The translations under genes were made by a program, and so were the position numbers. Source: a virus (lineage: Duplodnaviria > Caudoviricetes). Taken from it: 24,289 nt of DNA. Position 1 is the first letter of the stretch. Every line of letters begins with the position of its first letter. This document shows positions 15,831 to 24,289 of this stretch, piece by piece. The stretch spans positions 1-24,289 of the IMG/VR virus record IMGVR_UViG_3300030048_000321; one strand, written 5' to 3'. The notes beneath the pieces are model-generated. The model saw only the letters and a list, made by a program, of their open reading frames with translations, did no database searches and had not been told where the DNA came from.

Positions 15831-16163
15831 TTATTCCTGCCATCGGCAGGTAATGGGGATGTGGTATAGCTTGGTATCGTCCTCGTAGTTGCGCGGACCG
15901 GCGTATTGCACGGTCACGCCTGCGGCGGTCAGCGCGTCCAGCACGCTGCGCAGTTGGGCGTCCTTTACGGGCGTGCGGCTGAACACGTTCACCTGCACCA
16001 TATAGCCGGTGCGCCGTGCCATATTGCTGGCGTAGTCGGTGGGGGATAGCGTAAGCTCCTGCCATGTCAGGTAGATCGGGTCGGTTGCGTTTGCCGCCGG
16101 GTGCTGCGACGCTGGCCACGGAAGCGGAGCGAGGGCATTTTTGATCGTAGCGTTAACGCTCAT
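15831..16163 (-). CDS. Tail terminator/completion protein (110 aa)
   Basis: YLTW, DYASN, VQVNVFS, YEDDTKLYH motifs; position before the major tail gene; ATGA coupling. Confidence 0.8.
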   Translation of the reverse strand: MSVNATIKNALAPLPWPASQHPAANATDPIYLTWQELTLSPTDYASNMARRTGYMVQVNVFSRTPVKDAQLRSVLDALTAAGVTVQYAGPRNYEDDTKLYHIPITCRWQE

Positions 16164-16564
16164 TCATATCCCTCTTTCTTCAACGCTTCAGCCATAGCGG
16201 CCACAATTTCCGGTTCACCTTCCTCAACGGCAGTCCGCATCCACGGCATGGCAGGTGTGTTGCTTTTCCCGTACTCCAGCACAAAGCCGACTTCCTCGAT
16301 ACGCTGCTTCTTTCGGCCGTTCTTTTTAAAGCCGGATGGGAACACATCGAAGTAATGGCCTTTCTCGAATGTGAAATTCGGCCCCTTGTATTGCAGGCTC
16401 CCCTTCAGGATGCCGGTACGCACAGGCACCGTCCGCTCCATGCACTTGACGGCCGCCTTAGCCCCCGCCTCTGCGGCGATGATGGCAACGCGCTTGTAGT
16501 CCTCGCTGGCCGCTTCAAGCCCTTTGATTACATCGTCAAAGCCGACAACGTTAAAGGTAGCCAT
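16160..16564 (-). CDS. HK97 gp10-like neck/tail component (134 aa)
   Basis: VPVRTG.LK.S and GFVLEYGKSN.PA.PWMR.A signatures. Confidence 0.88.
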   Translation of the reverse strand: MATFNVVGFDDVIKGLEAASEDYKRVAIIAAEAGAKAAVKCMERTVPVRTGILKGSLQYKGPNFTFEKGHYFDVFPSGFKKNGRKKQRIEEVGFVLEYGKSNTPAMPWMRTAVEEGEPEIVAAMAEALKKEGYE

Positions 16565-16907
16565 GCGCGCTCACCTCACTTCCCTGCGGCTGCCGGATCC
16601 GCACCTTGATCTGTGTCCAGTCGCGCCGGTAGCCCAGATGGTTGATCTGCACAATGTCGTACACCGTTCCGCCATAAACAATTTGCATGTCGTTTCGCAG
16701 CCCGTTCCGCCATCGGATGGTGAAGGTTACTATGTTTTCCATCTGGTGGGCGGCGGCCTCGTAAAAGTCGCGTCCGCTCACGTCCTTGATGGCCGCCATG
16801 GTGTCGCACACCTTTTTGTACACGAGCACCGCGTTACCCTCGTCGTCCGTGGCAGTTCCGTCCGGCTCCTGAAAGGTAATCAGGTGCCGAAGATCTCCGG
16901 CGTTCAT
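16551..16907 (-). CDS. Head closure / head-tail adaptor (SPP1 gp16-like, 118 aa)
   Basis: MNAGDLRHLITFQ, SGRDFYEA, FTIRWR...DMQIVY.G.VYDI. Confidence 0.88.
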   Translation of the reverse strand: MNAGDLRHLITFQEPDGTATDDEGNAVLVYKKVCDTMAAIKDVSGRDFYEAAAHQMENIVTFTIRWRNGLRNDMQIVYGGTVYDIVQINHLGYRRDWTQIKVRIRQPQGSEVSAHGYL

Positions 16908-17185
16908 TCACTCACCGCCTCCGGCTCACTGCGTAGTTGGTGCATCAGGCTCATCACCGTGGGGGGCACGTCGTCTTTGCCCGCCTCCTGATTGCCGCGG
17001 GTATCGTAGTAGTGGGTGGCCAGCCGGTATACCGCCAGGTCATAGGAAGCATCGCTATCCCGGGGCTTTACGCCTGCAGCATTTAACCAGCAGATGGCCG
17101 CATCCATGCACAGTTGTAGGGTTGTGTCCGCCACATTGGGGTCGGTGGCTGCAAAGCCTTTCAGGCCATCAATAGTTACCGCCAT
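16904..17185 (-). CDS. Head-tail connector (HK97 gp6/SPP1 gp15-like, 93 aa)
   Basis: YDLAVYRLATHYYDTR and VP.TV.SLMHQLR motifs. Confidence 0.85.
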   Translation of the reverse strand: MAVTIDGLKGFAATDPNVADTTLQLCMDAAICWLNAAGVKPRDSDASYDLAVYRLATHYYDTRGNQEAGKDDVPPTVMSLMHQLRSEPEAVSE

Positions 17186-17354
17186 CCGGCTTCACCTCCT
17201 GTTGCTCCGCGTTGGGTGGATGCGTGCGCTCGATCAGGTGTAAGTGCAACAGCTGCAAGGCGTCGTCCTCGCTTTCAGGCGCGTATACCACGCCTTTTTC
17301 ATACCTGTGCCCCCGCACGGTGATCGCCCTTGTCGTTCGGTAGGTTTGCGCCAT
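17169..17354 (-). CDS. Small hypothetical head-region protein (61 aa)
   Basis: GGAGGG SD; YR....I...G.RY.KG pattern seen in small proteins between capsid and connector genes. Confidence 0.65.
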   Translation of the reverse strand: MAQTYRTTRAITVRGHRYEKGVVYAPESEDDALQLLHLHLIERTHPPNAEQQEVKPDGGNY

Positions 17355-17367
17355 GGGGCACCCTCCT

Positions 17368-17634
17368 TTATGCGTTCGTCGATCCGGCCACAGGCACGCC
17401 CATCTCGGCTGCCTGCGTGAACACGTTTTCTACAAAGCCCATCACTGCTCTGGTGACCGCGTCAAGGTTGGCAGCACACAGCTCTGGGTCGGACACATCC
17501 ACGTTGATGCTCACGCCCTTGGCGCCGCGTAGGCTAGCGTTCACGTTGGCGACGTTGCGCCGCTCGCCGGTATCTAGGGCGATGTATAGCGGCATGCTTG
17601 GGTTTTGATAGTTTTCCGTCACAAGGTTAGCCAT
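17368..17634 (-). CDS. Hypothetical protein (88 aa)
   Basis: GGGAGGA SD; fits the operon with short gaps; no recognisable family. Confidence 0.7.
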   Translation of the reverse strand: MANLVTENYQNPSMPLYIALDTGERRNVANVNASLRGAKGVSINVDVSDPELCAANLDAVTRAVMGFVENVFTQAAEMGVPVAGSTNA

Positions 17635-17658
17635 GGGAAATTCCTCCCGTCGTGTAGG

Positions 17659-17687
17659 CGGGCGCGTACCACTAAGGCACGCGCCCG
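17659..17687. other. GC-rich 12-bp hairpin after the capsid/head-fiber genes
   Basis: CGGGCGCGTGCC-TTAGT-GGTACGCGCCCG on the minus strand; no U-tract. Confidence 0.55.
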
Positions 17688-17700
17688 TTCCTGTTGTTTA

Positions 17701-18252
17701 CTAGGCGGTGACTACCACAGCGGCCGCTTCGCTGGCGGTGCTCACGCCCTCATAAGTCGCCACGCAGTAGTAGTAGGTCGTTCCGGCGGTTGCCCCCGTG
17801 GGGATGGCGTAACTCACGTCGGTCGCACCGTTCACGGCAGCGCCGCCCGTATTGCTGTCGGCAGCGTTGCTGTACCATTGATAGGTCGGCGTGCTCCCGT
17901 CGCTCACCTGGAAGGCGGCGGTCAGCACCGCGCCGGCGCCGATACTCCCTGCCACAAGGGCAAGGTCGGCGGGCTGGGTCAGCACCGCGATGGTAGGCGC
18001 AGCAGCCATTAGCCCGGCAGAGCGAAGCTTCGCCAGCAGCTCGTTGTGTTCGGCGCGAATCGCGGCCACGGTGCTGGCGTCGCTTCCCGCGTCCTGCATG
18101 TACTTAATCGGGGGCAACCCGGTCAAGGCGGGCAGCCCGGAAATGGTCGCGCCCGCTTCCAGCGTCAGCTTCGCGCCCGCTTTCACGCGCAGCTCACCGC
18201 CGATCACCGTCTGGCTGCCGTTGCGGCCGGTATAGTTTTTCGTTGCGTTCAT
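17701..18252 (-). CDS. Head fiber/decoration protein with C-terminal Ig-like domain (183 aa)
   Basis: TKNYT..NG..TVIGGEL N-terminus; VAAIRAEHNELLAKLRSAGLM helix; TQPAD...TYQWY...G..V.GAT..SY......AGTTYYYCVAT Ig fold. Confidence 0.8.
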   Translation of the reverse strand: MNATKNYTGRNGSQTVIGGELRVKAGAKLTLEAGATISGLPALTGLPPIKYMQDAGSDASTVAAIRAEHNELLAKLRSAGLMAAAPTIAVLTQPADLALVAGSIGAGAVLTAAFQVSDGSTPTYQWYSNAADSNTGGAAVNGATDVSYAIPTGATAGTTYYYCVATYEGVSTASEAAAVVVTA

Positions 18253-18292
18253 GGGTTCAGGTTCTCCTTTCCGCTGGTTTCATTCCAGCCGC

Positions 18293-19549
18293 TTACACCG
18301 CCGGGATGAAGATCTCGCGGCGCACCACCGCTTCGGCGTCAAAGCGGGTCACGCCCAGGCGGCTGATGCCGCGCACGTCGATGCGGTTCTTCTTGAAGGC
18401 GTCGCCGCCCACGTCGGTGGAAACAAACTCCAGCGGCATCCGCTCAAAGAGCGTGGCGTACTGCTTGAAGTCGCCCACGTAGATGGGGTAGTAGTCGCCC
18501 TTGGTCGCGCCCGCGGTGGTCACCACGCGGTTGGGGAAGGTACGGTTGCTCATCACCTTCACCGAGTGGGTTTTAATAAACATCGGCGTGCCGGTCGCGG
18601 GGTCGGGCTGCAGCAACGGGCGGCCGGTGCTGTCGGTGATGCTGTCCAAAAAGTCAAAGCCGCTCTGGTTGGTCAGGATCGTGGCCGTCTGGCTGATCGC
18701 CGGATCCAGCGCCATGTTCAGGATGCTGCGCAGCTGCATGATGGCGTTCTGGTCGTCATCGTCGGTGATGATCTGGGCGGTCAGCAGATCCAGCGCCGCT
18801 TTGAGCAGCTTGTTTTCGGTGATCACCTGCTTCTTGGTGTACCACCGGGCGAGGTAGCCAAACAGGTTGGCCGTTTCATCGGCGGCTAGCTCGCGGCTCA
18901 CCGGAACGATCAAGCCGTAGGTGTTCAGCGAATAGCTCACCGGCACAAAGGCGGGCTGGTCATCCTCCGGCACCCCACCGGCAGGCGCTTCGCCATCCAG
19001 CTGGGTAAGGCCGGTGGTAGGATCGGTATCCACGATGCGGGTGCCCTTGCTTGCGCTGGTCGGCTCCACCGTAAACAGGTCGCGCAGGGGGTTCAGCTGG
19101 CGCAGGCGCTCGTTGATCTGCGTCTGCACATCCTCCGGCACCAGGAAGCCGCCGTCGCTGCCCGCAGGCGTGCCGCCGCTCTCGGTCAGCACATCGTAAA
19201 GCACGTTCAGGCTCGTGTCCGGGCAAGGGTTGGCAGGGTTCAGCCGGTTACGGATAGCGTAAGCGAAGGCCTGCGCGTATTCGTTGCTCTTGCGGATCAC
19301 CACTACGCGGCCGCCCTTGGTAGCAGCCTGGGCGGGCAGCGCGGTCTGCTGACCGGCTTCCTCCTGGGCGATGGTCGCGCGGGTCAGGTCAATGCGCGCC
19401 TGCAGGGCGTTGATCTTGCCGGTATGCTCGGTCAGCTGCGTAGGGGTCGCAGCCTGGTTAGCCAGCAGCGTCTGCCCACTGGCCACCAGCGTGCGCATGT
19501 CATTTTGCAGGTTTTTCAGGGTATCCTTCAGCTGAGTCAGGTTTTCCAT
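18293..19549 (-). CDS. Major capsid protein, HK97 fold with N-terminal delta domain (418 aa)
   Basis: ATG 19549 with AAGGAGG SD; SDGGFLVPEDVQTQI, PVSRELAAD, ILTNQSGF..LD...D..GRPLLQPD, IYVGDFK. Confidence 0.95.
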   Translation of the reverse strand: MENLTQLKDTLKNLQNDMRTLVASGQTLLANQAATPTQLTEHTGKINALQARIDLTRATIAQEEAGQQTALPAQAATKGGRVVVIRKSNEYAQAFAYAIRNRLNPANPCPDTSLNVLYDVLTESGGTPAGSDGGFLVPEDVQTQINERLRQLNPLRDLFTVEPTSASKGTRIVDTDPTTGLTQLDGEAPAGGVPEDDQPAFVPVSYSLNTYGLIVPVSRELAADETANLFGYLARWYTKKQVITENKLLKAALDLLTAQIITDDDDQNAIMQLRSILNMALDPAISQTATILTNQSGFDFLDSITDSTGRPLLQPDPATGTPMFIKTHSVKVMSNRTFPNRVVTTAGATKGDYYPIYVGDFKQYATLFERMPLEFVSTDVGGDAFKKNRIDVRGISRLGVTRFDAEAVVRREIFIPAV

Positions 19550-19578
19550 AGGGGTTACCTCCTTCTTGTGCTTGTGGG

Positions 19579-20502
19579 TCACAGGCTGGCGTCGGCCTGC
19601 GCCAGTGCCAGCGCAAAGCTGGCCTTGTCGCGGTCGGTCGCCGCATCAGGGGATGTGGGCGCGGTGCCAAGCGGATGCCCGTTAAGGTAGCTTCTGTGGG
19701 AGTGTTCCAGAGTGTGGTGATGTGAAAGGAAACTGGGGTTGAAGTCCTTGGTGGTTGCAGCCGTGGTCGCCTGCCCGCCGCCCTCCGGAGCCGCGCCCTG
19801 TACCTTCGCCAGCGCCTTCATCACGGCGGCGTTGTCCACGCCGTGCATGGCATAAGCAAACCGCGGCGCCTGGTTTGCGCCAGCTTTTCCGATCAGGGCG
19901 TTGTCCTTGTCGGGGTCGTCCTCCTCGTCAGGCGCGGCGGCGCTTTTCTTCTTTGCGGGCTTGCTCACGTCGTCCGCAAAGCCCAGCTCCAGCGCGCGGC
20001 CGCTGCTCATCCACGTTTCGGCGTCCATAAGCGCGGAGAGCTTCGCCCGGGGCAGCGCGGTTTTGGTTTCGTAGGCGTTGATGATCGACTCTTTTACTTC
20101 GTCGAGCATCTGCATCCCCTGGCGCATATACTCGCTGTTACCAATCGCCACCGCCCACGGATTGTGGATCATCATCAGGCTAACAGGGCTCATGCTAACA
20201 TGGTCGCCCGCCATGGCCACCACGCTGGCGGCGCTGGCAGCGATACCGTCGATTCGAACGGTCACCTTGCCGGGGTACTCGCAAAGCATGTTGTAGATCT
20301 GTGCGGCCGCCACGCAGTCGCCGCCCGGGCTATTGATGCGTACTACAATGTCCCCGGTGCCCTGCATTAGCTCCGCACGGAAGGCCGCCGGGGTTACCTC
20401 ATCGTCAAACCAGCTTTCTTCCGCAATCACGCCGTCCAGCGCCAGTTCACGCTCACCGTCCGGATCGCCTTTCAGCTGGTTAAACACCCAGAAATGGTTC
20501 AA
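19579..20502 (-). CDS. Head maturation protease, ClpP/S14-type (about 307 aa)
   Basis: TTG 20502 after GAGGTG; RINSPGGD, IDGIAASAAS (Ser), MMIHNP (His), MDAETW; low-complexity C-terminal tail. Confidence 0.92.
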   Translation of the reverse strand: MNHFWVFNQLKGDPDGERELALDGVIAEESWFDDEVTPAAFRAELMQGTGDIVVRINSPGGDCVAAAQIYNMLCEYPGKVTVRIDGIAASAASVVAMAGDHVSMSPVSLMMIHNPWAVAIGNSEYMRQGMQMLDEVKESIINAYETKTALPRAKLSALMDAETWMSSGRALELGFADDVSKPAKKKSAAAPDEEDDPDKDNALIGKAGANQAPRFAYAMHGVDNAAVMKALAKVQGAAPEGGGQATTAATTKDFNPSFLSHHHTLEHSHRSYLNGHPLGTAPTSPDAATDRDKASFALALAQADASL

Positions 20503-20534
20503 AATATTCACCTCACTGTTCTTGTCGCCCGAGT

Positions 20535-21719
20535 CTATCGCCCGCTGTCCTTTACCGTTGCGCCTGTCAGTACCATCTTGAGCGGCAGCAGGTCGCGGGC
20601 ACACAACAGCACGTCACCGTCAGGGTCGGGCGGAAGATTGTCCTTTTCGCGCACTTCATTCGGTCTCATCCACCCGCCGCGAATGGCCTTCTGGTGCTTG
20701 TCGGCCATGGTTTTCACGTCGCCGCGCAGCACCGCGTCCATGTCAAAGCTGAAGTGGTATCCTTCCATGATCCGCTCCCAGGTGAGCAGCTTGCGGTCAA
20801 GCTCAGCTTCCCATTGAGCCACAATCGGCAATATGGTCAGCTGCATCAGCTCGCGCATCTGCTGTTCATTGTCAGCAAAGCCTTTGTCGCTGGTGTCGCC
20901 CAGCAGGCTGGGGGGAATGTTGTACACCGTAGCCACACGGTTGCGGGTCATGTTTTCCACGCCCAGCACGTCGCTGTCCACCGGCGTGCGACTCAGGTTA
21001 GCCACCGTCATGCCGCCGTCCAGCACAATGGCACTGCGGCCGCTGTCGTTGTATGCCTCCAAAAACTGCTTGATAATCTCTTGACGGCGTTCTTTGTTCA
21101 GCCCTGTATTGGGTACCGTCAGCACAATGGAATTATTGATCGCCTTGATCTGCTCCATGGTGTAGGTTTTCACGTCGGCATCGTACTGGATGCTGCCGCG
21201 CAGAACGTCCATGGGTTTGATGCCACGCTCGCCGTTTGCGCTCATGTGCCGAATCACGATCATATCGCTGTTGTGAACCCAGAATTGTTTCGGGCTGTCC
21301 GGAGGGGTTACCCGGTACCAGATTTCCCCGGTATCCATCATGCGGATGGGGGTCACGCGCGTGGGGTCCAACACATCCAGCCGATCGATCGTACCGGCGA
21401 GGGTGGGCACGATCAGCGCGTAGGCGTTGCCTTCATTGCCCACGCACGCCTGCATCGTCAGCCGGAACATGAAGGCCGTCATGCGGGGGTTGGGCGCGTA
21501 AGCGATCAGCTTTTCCAGCGAGTCTTTCTTTTGCAGCTCCATCCCCTTATACAGGTGTAAGGGCATACAGGCCACGGTGTTGGCCACGCGGCTTACCGCC
21601 GCGTAGATGGCCTCGCTGGCGGTCATGTATCGATCGGCGCGCGTCTGGTACACGCCGGTCATGGGGCCTTTTGGCTCGTCGCGTGCCTTCGCAGCCCTTT
21701 TCCACGGGAAGATCGCCAT
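20535..21719 (-). CDS. Portal protein, HK97 family (394 aa)
   Basis: ATG 21719 with GAAAGGAG SD; IYAAVSRVANTVA.MP, PNP.MT, GNAYA, VATVYNIPP, ELDRKL, PNEVR...NLPP. Confidence 0.95.
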   Translation of the reverse strand: MAIFPWKRAAKARDEPKGPMTGVYQTRADRYMTASEAIYAAVSRVANTVACMPLHLYKGMELQKKDSLEKLIAYAPNPRMTAFMFRLTMQACVGNEGNAYALIVPTLAGTIDRLDVLDPTRVTPIRMMDTGEIWYRVTPPDSPKQFWVHNSDMIVIRHMSANGERGIKPMDVLRGSIQYDADVKTYTMEQIKAINNSIVLTVPNTGLNKERRQEIIKQFLEAYNDSGRSAIVLDGGMTVANLSRTPVDSDVLGVENMTRNRVATVYNIPPSLLGDTSDKGFADNEQQMRELMQLTILPIVAQWEAELDRKLLTWERIMEGYHFSFDMDAVLRGDVKTMADKHQKAIRGGWMRPNEVREKDNLPPDPDGDVLLCARDLLPLKMVLTGATVKDSGR

Positions 21720-21765
21720 GTGTTTCACTCCTTTCGGTCAGCCGACCGGCCGCCATGGCAAAATG

Positions 21766-21789
21766 AAAAGCGTCAACGTTGGCGCTTTT
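21766..21789. terminator. Near-palindromic hairpin with T-tracts on both strands between terL and portal
   Basis: AAAAGCGTCAAC/GTTGGCGCTTTT. Confidence 0.5.
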
Positions 21790-21796
21790 GGGAAGG

Positions 21797-23515
21797 CTAA
21801 AATCGGAATACCGTTACGCTTGCCGGCACTGTATCCCCCAGGATGGGAGCTTTCTGCATGGCCACCGCATGCGCGTCCAAAAAGGCCATGAATCCATCGA
21901 TCTTGCGGTAGCGGTTGCGTTTCACAGGCATCCAGTTTTCACGGTCGCGGTCACGGTAATCATTGCGTAGCCGAACATTGTGCATGTACCAGCGCAGCAT
22001 CGGGTCGTTGTTGCTAATCAGTCGCCCGTCCAGCAGCATTTCCCGTACATCCTTCATCGGGTCGTTCATGGTCATGGGGCCTTGGCGCTTCACCTCGCAG
22101 CAGAAGCCCGCGCCTTCCAGCATCCGGGTCAACCACACCGCGTTAGCCGGGTCATACCCGATGCTGATAATCTCGTACTTTTTCGCCTGGTCAACAAACC
22201 ACTGGTACACCACATCCTGTGGAATATAGTCGCCGTCGCAAATCGTCAGCAGCCCCTGCAGCGCCCATTCGTAATAAGGAATTTTCTCGTTGTCCATCTC
22301 CACCTTACGCTTGGGCACCCAGCTGTGCTGCAGCACGAACGAATCCCCATTGTCCAGCGGAAACTCCAGCGCGGCAGCGGTGAAGTCCTCACGGCTGCTC
22401 AGGTCAAACCCACCGTAGCAGCTTCGCCCGGTCAGGCTTTCCATGTCCAGCGTTTTGCGGTTGCGGTTCAGCACGCTGATGTCCACAAACCCGGCGTCGC
22501 TCGCATCCGCCATCACGTTCAGCTGCTTGGTAATGAAGTCGCTGCGCTCTTGGGGAATGCTCTTGCACCGCTCCCAGTCATTGCTCAGCGTATCAAGGTC
22601 CAGCAGCAGGCCCATGCCTGGGTTGGCCTTCACCCAGCAGCTGCGGTCCTCAATGTTGTCCGCGCTGTCCAGTTCGCAGATGAAGCAGAAAAGCCGGTCG
22701 GCCACGCTGGCGGGCAGCATTCCCTCCTGCATCGCGTCCGTGAACAGCGCGTAGTAATCCATTAAGGGGCCTTCCAGCACCGTGCCCATAGTGGTGATGT
22801 AGATGGCAAGCGGCTGGCGGCGTTTGTTCATGCCGCGCTTGATCACGTTGATCAGCTTGTAGTCGCGGTATTCGTGGATTTCGTCGAACACCCCCATGTG
22901 CGGGTTCAGGCCATCCAGCTTGTGGCTGTCGCTGGCCCGGTGCTGGATGCGGCTGTTGGTCTTGTCGTAGTAAATGCCATCCCGCAGGGTTCGGAATCGG
23001 CTGGCTAGGAAGGGGCTGGCCTCAATTTGCCCTGTACACTCGGTATATACGATGCTGGCCTGCTCCTTACTGTTGGCCAGCAGGTACACATCCGCGCCGC
23101 GCTCCCCATCCTTGCTTGCCCCGAAGGTAGCGTTCCCCGCCATCAGCGTACTTTTCCCGTTGCCGCGGCCCACCACGATCAGCGCCTCGCGGAAGCGGCG
23201 CAGTCCGGTTTCCTTGCTCACCCAGCCGTAGATGTTCCCCTCGACGAAGCACTCCCAGGGCATCAGCTCCATGCGTTCGTAATTGCCTTTGGTGGGTGCT
23301 AAAAAGCGCTCCATGAACTCAATCGGCCGAAGGGCCAACCGTTCATCGAAGCGCCATGGGTATTCCGGGTCTTTTGATTTTTCCAGATCCAGCAGGAAAC
23401 GCGCGCAGGCCATTTTAACCTTCTCACAGGCAACCTGTTTTCCGGTCGTAACGTCCTGTGCATATCCATAAAGCTTCCCCAGTGGGTCAAGTGTCGGGGA
23501 AATCGTCAAACTCAT
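21797..23515 (-). CDS. terL: Terminase large subunit (572 aa)
   Basis: Walker A VGRGNGKS, Walker B GVFDEIH, ITT coupling motif, nuclease GGFDLS..D, GYDP, KIDG..A. Confidence 0.97.
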   Translation of the reverse strand: MSLTISPTLDPLGKLYGYAQDVTTGKQVACEKVKMACARFLLDLEKSKDPEYPWRFDERLALRPIEFMERFLAPTKGNYERMELMPWECFVEGNIYGWVSKETGLRRFREALIVVGRGNGKSTLMAGNATFGASKDGERGADVYLLANSKEQASIVYTECTGQIEASPFLASRFRTLRDGIYYDKTNSRIQHRASDSHKLDGLNPHMGVFDEIHEYRDYKLINVIKRGMNKRRQPLAIYITTMGTVLEGPLMDYYALFTDAMQEGMLPASVADRLFCFICELDSADNIEDRSCWVKANPGMGLLLDLDTLSNDWERCKSIPQERSDFITKQLNVMADASDAGFVDISVLNRNRKTLDMESLTGRSCYGGFDLSSREDFTAAALEFPLDNGDSFVLQHSWVPKRKVEMDNEKIPYYEWALQGLLTICDGDYIPQDVVYQWFVDQAKKYEIISIGYDPANAVWLTRMLEGAGFCCEVKRQGPMTMNDPMKDVREMLLDGRLISNNDPMLRWYMHNVRLRNDYRDRDRENWMPVKRNRYRKIDGFMAFLDAHAVAMQKAPILGDTVPASVTVFRF

Positions 23516-23891
23516 CTTCCGGCTTGCGAGGCACTTCCGTTTCGCCCGGGCTTTCCGCCTGCCCTTTCAGATGGGCGGGGGTCAGGCGAAGTTCGTGCAA
23601 GTGCTTTCGCTGCTGCTCCCGCAGCATGCGCGCCTGCTGGATGCTTTTATTTTCGCGCATACCGGTTTGCCGCCCATTTTTCCAGGGTACCATCACACCC
23701 CGCTTGGCCACATCCTCATCGAAGCTCCGTTTTTGCTCTTCCATCATGGCAATATCACCAGCGATACTTTGGGCAATGTCGTCCATGCCGCCCGGCCGTT
23801 TTTCGCAAACGGCACAGATGTTTTCGTACAGTGCCCGCGCCTCTGGGTTTTTGATACGCGCCAACTGCTGTTGCTTCATGTCCTCGTTCAT
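23487..23891 (-). CDS. terS: Terminase small subunit (P27-like, 134 aa)
   Basis: Directly upstream of terL; V..RGV......G.Q...RENKS and L.EL.LTP motifs; acidic end DEFDDF. Confidence 0.85.
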   Translation of the reverse strand: MNEDMKQQQLARIKNPEARALYENICAVCEKRPGGMDDIAQSIAGDIAMMEEQKRSFDEDVAKRGVMVPWKNGRQTGMRENKSIQQARMLREQQRKHLHELRLTPAHLKGQAESPGETEVPRKPEDEFDDFPDT

Positions 23892-23902
23892 GTCGGTGCC
23901 TC

Positions 23903-24220
23903 CTATATCTTGATGACCCGGGCGCGGTTCGGCTTCGTGGGCTTGGCCGCCTCCTTGGCCCGCCCCTTTTCGGGGTGCCGCTGATTATGGCACTGTTTAC
24001 ATAGGCTGCGCAAATTTTGGATATCCAGTTCAAGGTCTGGGCGCTCGCTGCGCGGTATCACGTGGTGCACCACCTCGGCGTCCCTCACCTTGCCGCGCCC
24101 CCCGCTGTGAAACCGCTCCATGCAGTCGCAGCATAGGTAATTGTCCATGCGCATCCGCTCGGCAGCGGTGCGCTTCCATACGCCCGTGTGGTAGAAGGGT
24201 TCGCTCTCTTTGTGATACAC
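23903..24220 (-). CDS. Packaging-associated HNH endonuclease (105 aa)
   Basis: GTG 24220 after GGGGTG; FY....W.....R...DNYLC..C, VHHVIP, NLRSLC..CHN..H. Confidence 0.9.
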   Translation of the reverse strand: MYHKESEPFYHTGVWKRTAAERMRMDNYLCCDCMERFHSGGRGKVRDAEVVHHVIPRSERPDLELDIQNLRSLCKQCHNQRHPEKGRAKEAAKPTKPNRARVIKI

Positions 24221-24236
24221 AGCTTTCACCCCACGC

Positions 24237-24261
24237 AAAAAGGCGGCCCCTTCGGGTCGCC
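24237..24261 (-). terminator. Intrinsic terminator-like hairpin immediately upstream of the HNH gene
   Basis: GGCGACCC-GAAG-GGGCCGCC then TTTTT on the minus strand. Confidence 0.6.
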
Positions 24262-24289
24262 CTGCTCGCTTCTTTTGCAGTTTGATCAT

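Larger units (their letters stand above)
1..24289 (-). mobile_element. Siphovirus/prophage late region (DNA packaging, head, tail, lysis modules)
   Basis: Canonical colinear order HNH-terS-terL-portal-protease-capsid-neck-tail-TMP-Dit-Tal-fiber-lysis on the minus strand; no integrase or att site in the window. Confidence 0.97.

Noticed and set aside
18253-18310. Frameshift or readthrough fusing the capsid to the Ig-domain gene
   Set aside because: No slippery site at the capsid 3' end, and the downstream gene has its own GAAAGGAG SD
14393-21758. 11-mer GGCCGCCATGG shared by the TMP leader (14393) and portal leader (21748) as a possible antitermination box
   Set aside because: It also occurs inside a CDS (16791) and is plausible by chance in GC-rich DNA
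11079-22765. Many long plus-strand ORFs (e.g. 12587-13432, 12621-13439, 20694-21560, 21980-22765)
   Set aside because: Antisense shadows of GC-rich structural genes; no recognisable motifs or convincing SD sites
24221-24289. N-terminal extension of the HNH ORF to the window edge
   Set aside because: It spans a terminator-like hairpin; GTG 24220 has an SD-like site and gives a typical length
1-24289. tRNA, rRNA, CRISPR array, IS element, intein or group I/II intron
   Set aside because: None recognised by eye; terL, portal and capsid are uninterrupted and of normal length

Overview
The whole window is the late (morphogenesis and lysis) region of a GC-rich, HK97-fold siphovirus or prophage. 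The host is probably Bacillota (Clostridia-like), inferred from strong AAGGAGG Shine-Dalgarno sites, extended -10 promoters and the gene families present. Nearly all genes are on the minus strand, in this order: HNH nuclease, terS, terL, portal, ClpP-type prohead protease, major capsid, head-fiber/Ig protein, neck proteins, major tail, tail assembly chaperone with a -1 frameshift, tape measure, Dit, Tal/spike, BppU-type fiber, endolysin, a split DNA MTase and two holin-like genes. Two loci stand out. (1) An AT-rich cassette between tape measure and Dit (about 9190-10645) holds an RHH repressor whose promoter lies inside a 38-bp palindrome. It also has a self-contained ~70-nt antisense RNA predicted to flip a Shine-Dalgarno-sequestering switch on an 85-aa orphan gene, and a divergent secreted-protein moron. 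(2) A beta-class amino-MTase inside the lysis cassette is broken at GGG-TAG; an in-register 8-bp direct repeat 86 nt apart and an upstream hairpin suggest recoding, hopping or excision rather than simple decay. All product calls come from motif recognition and synteny; no database search was run.
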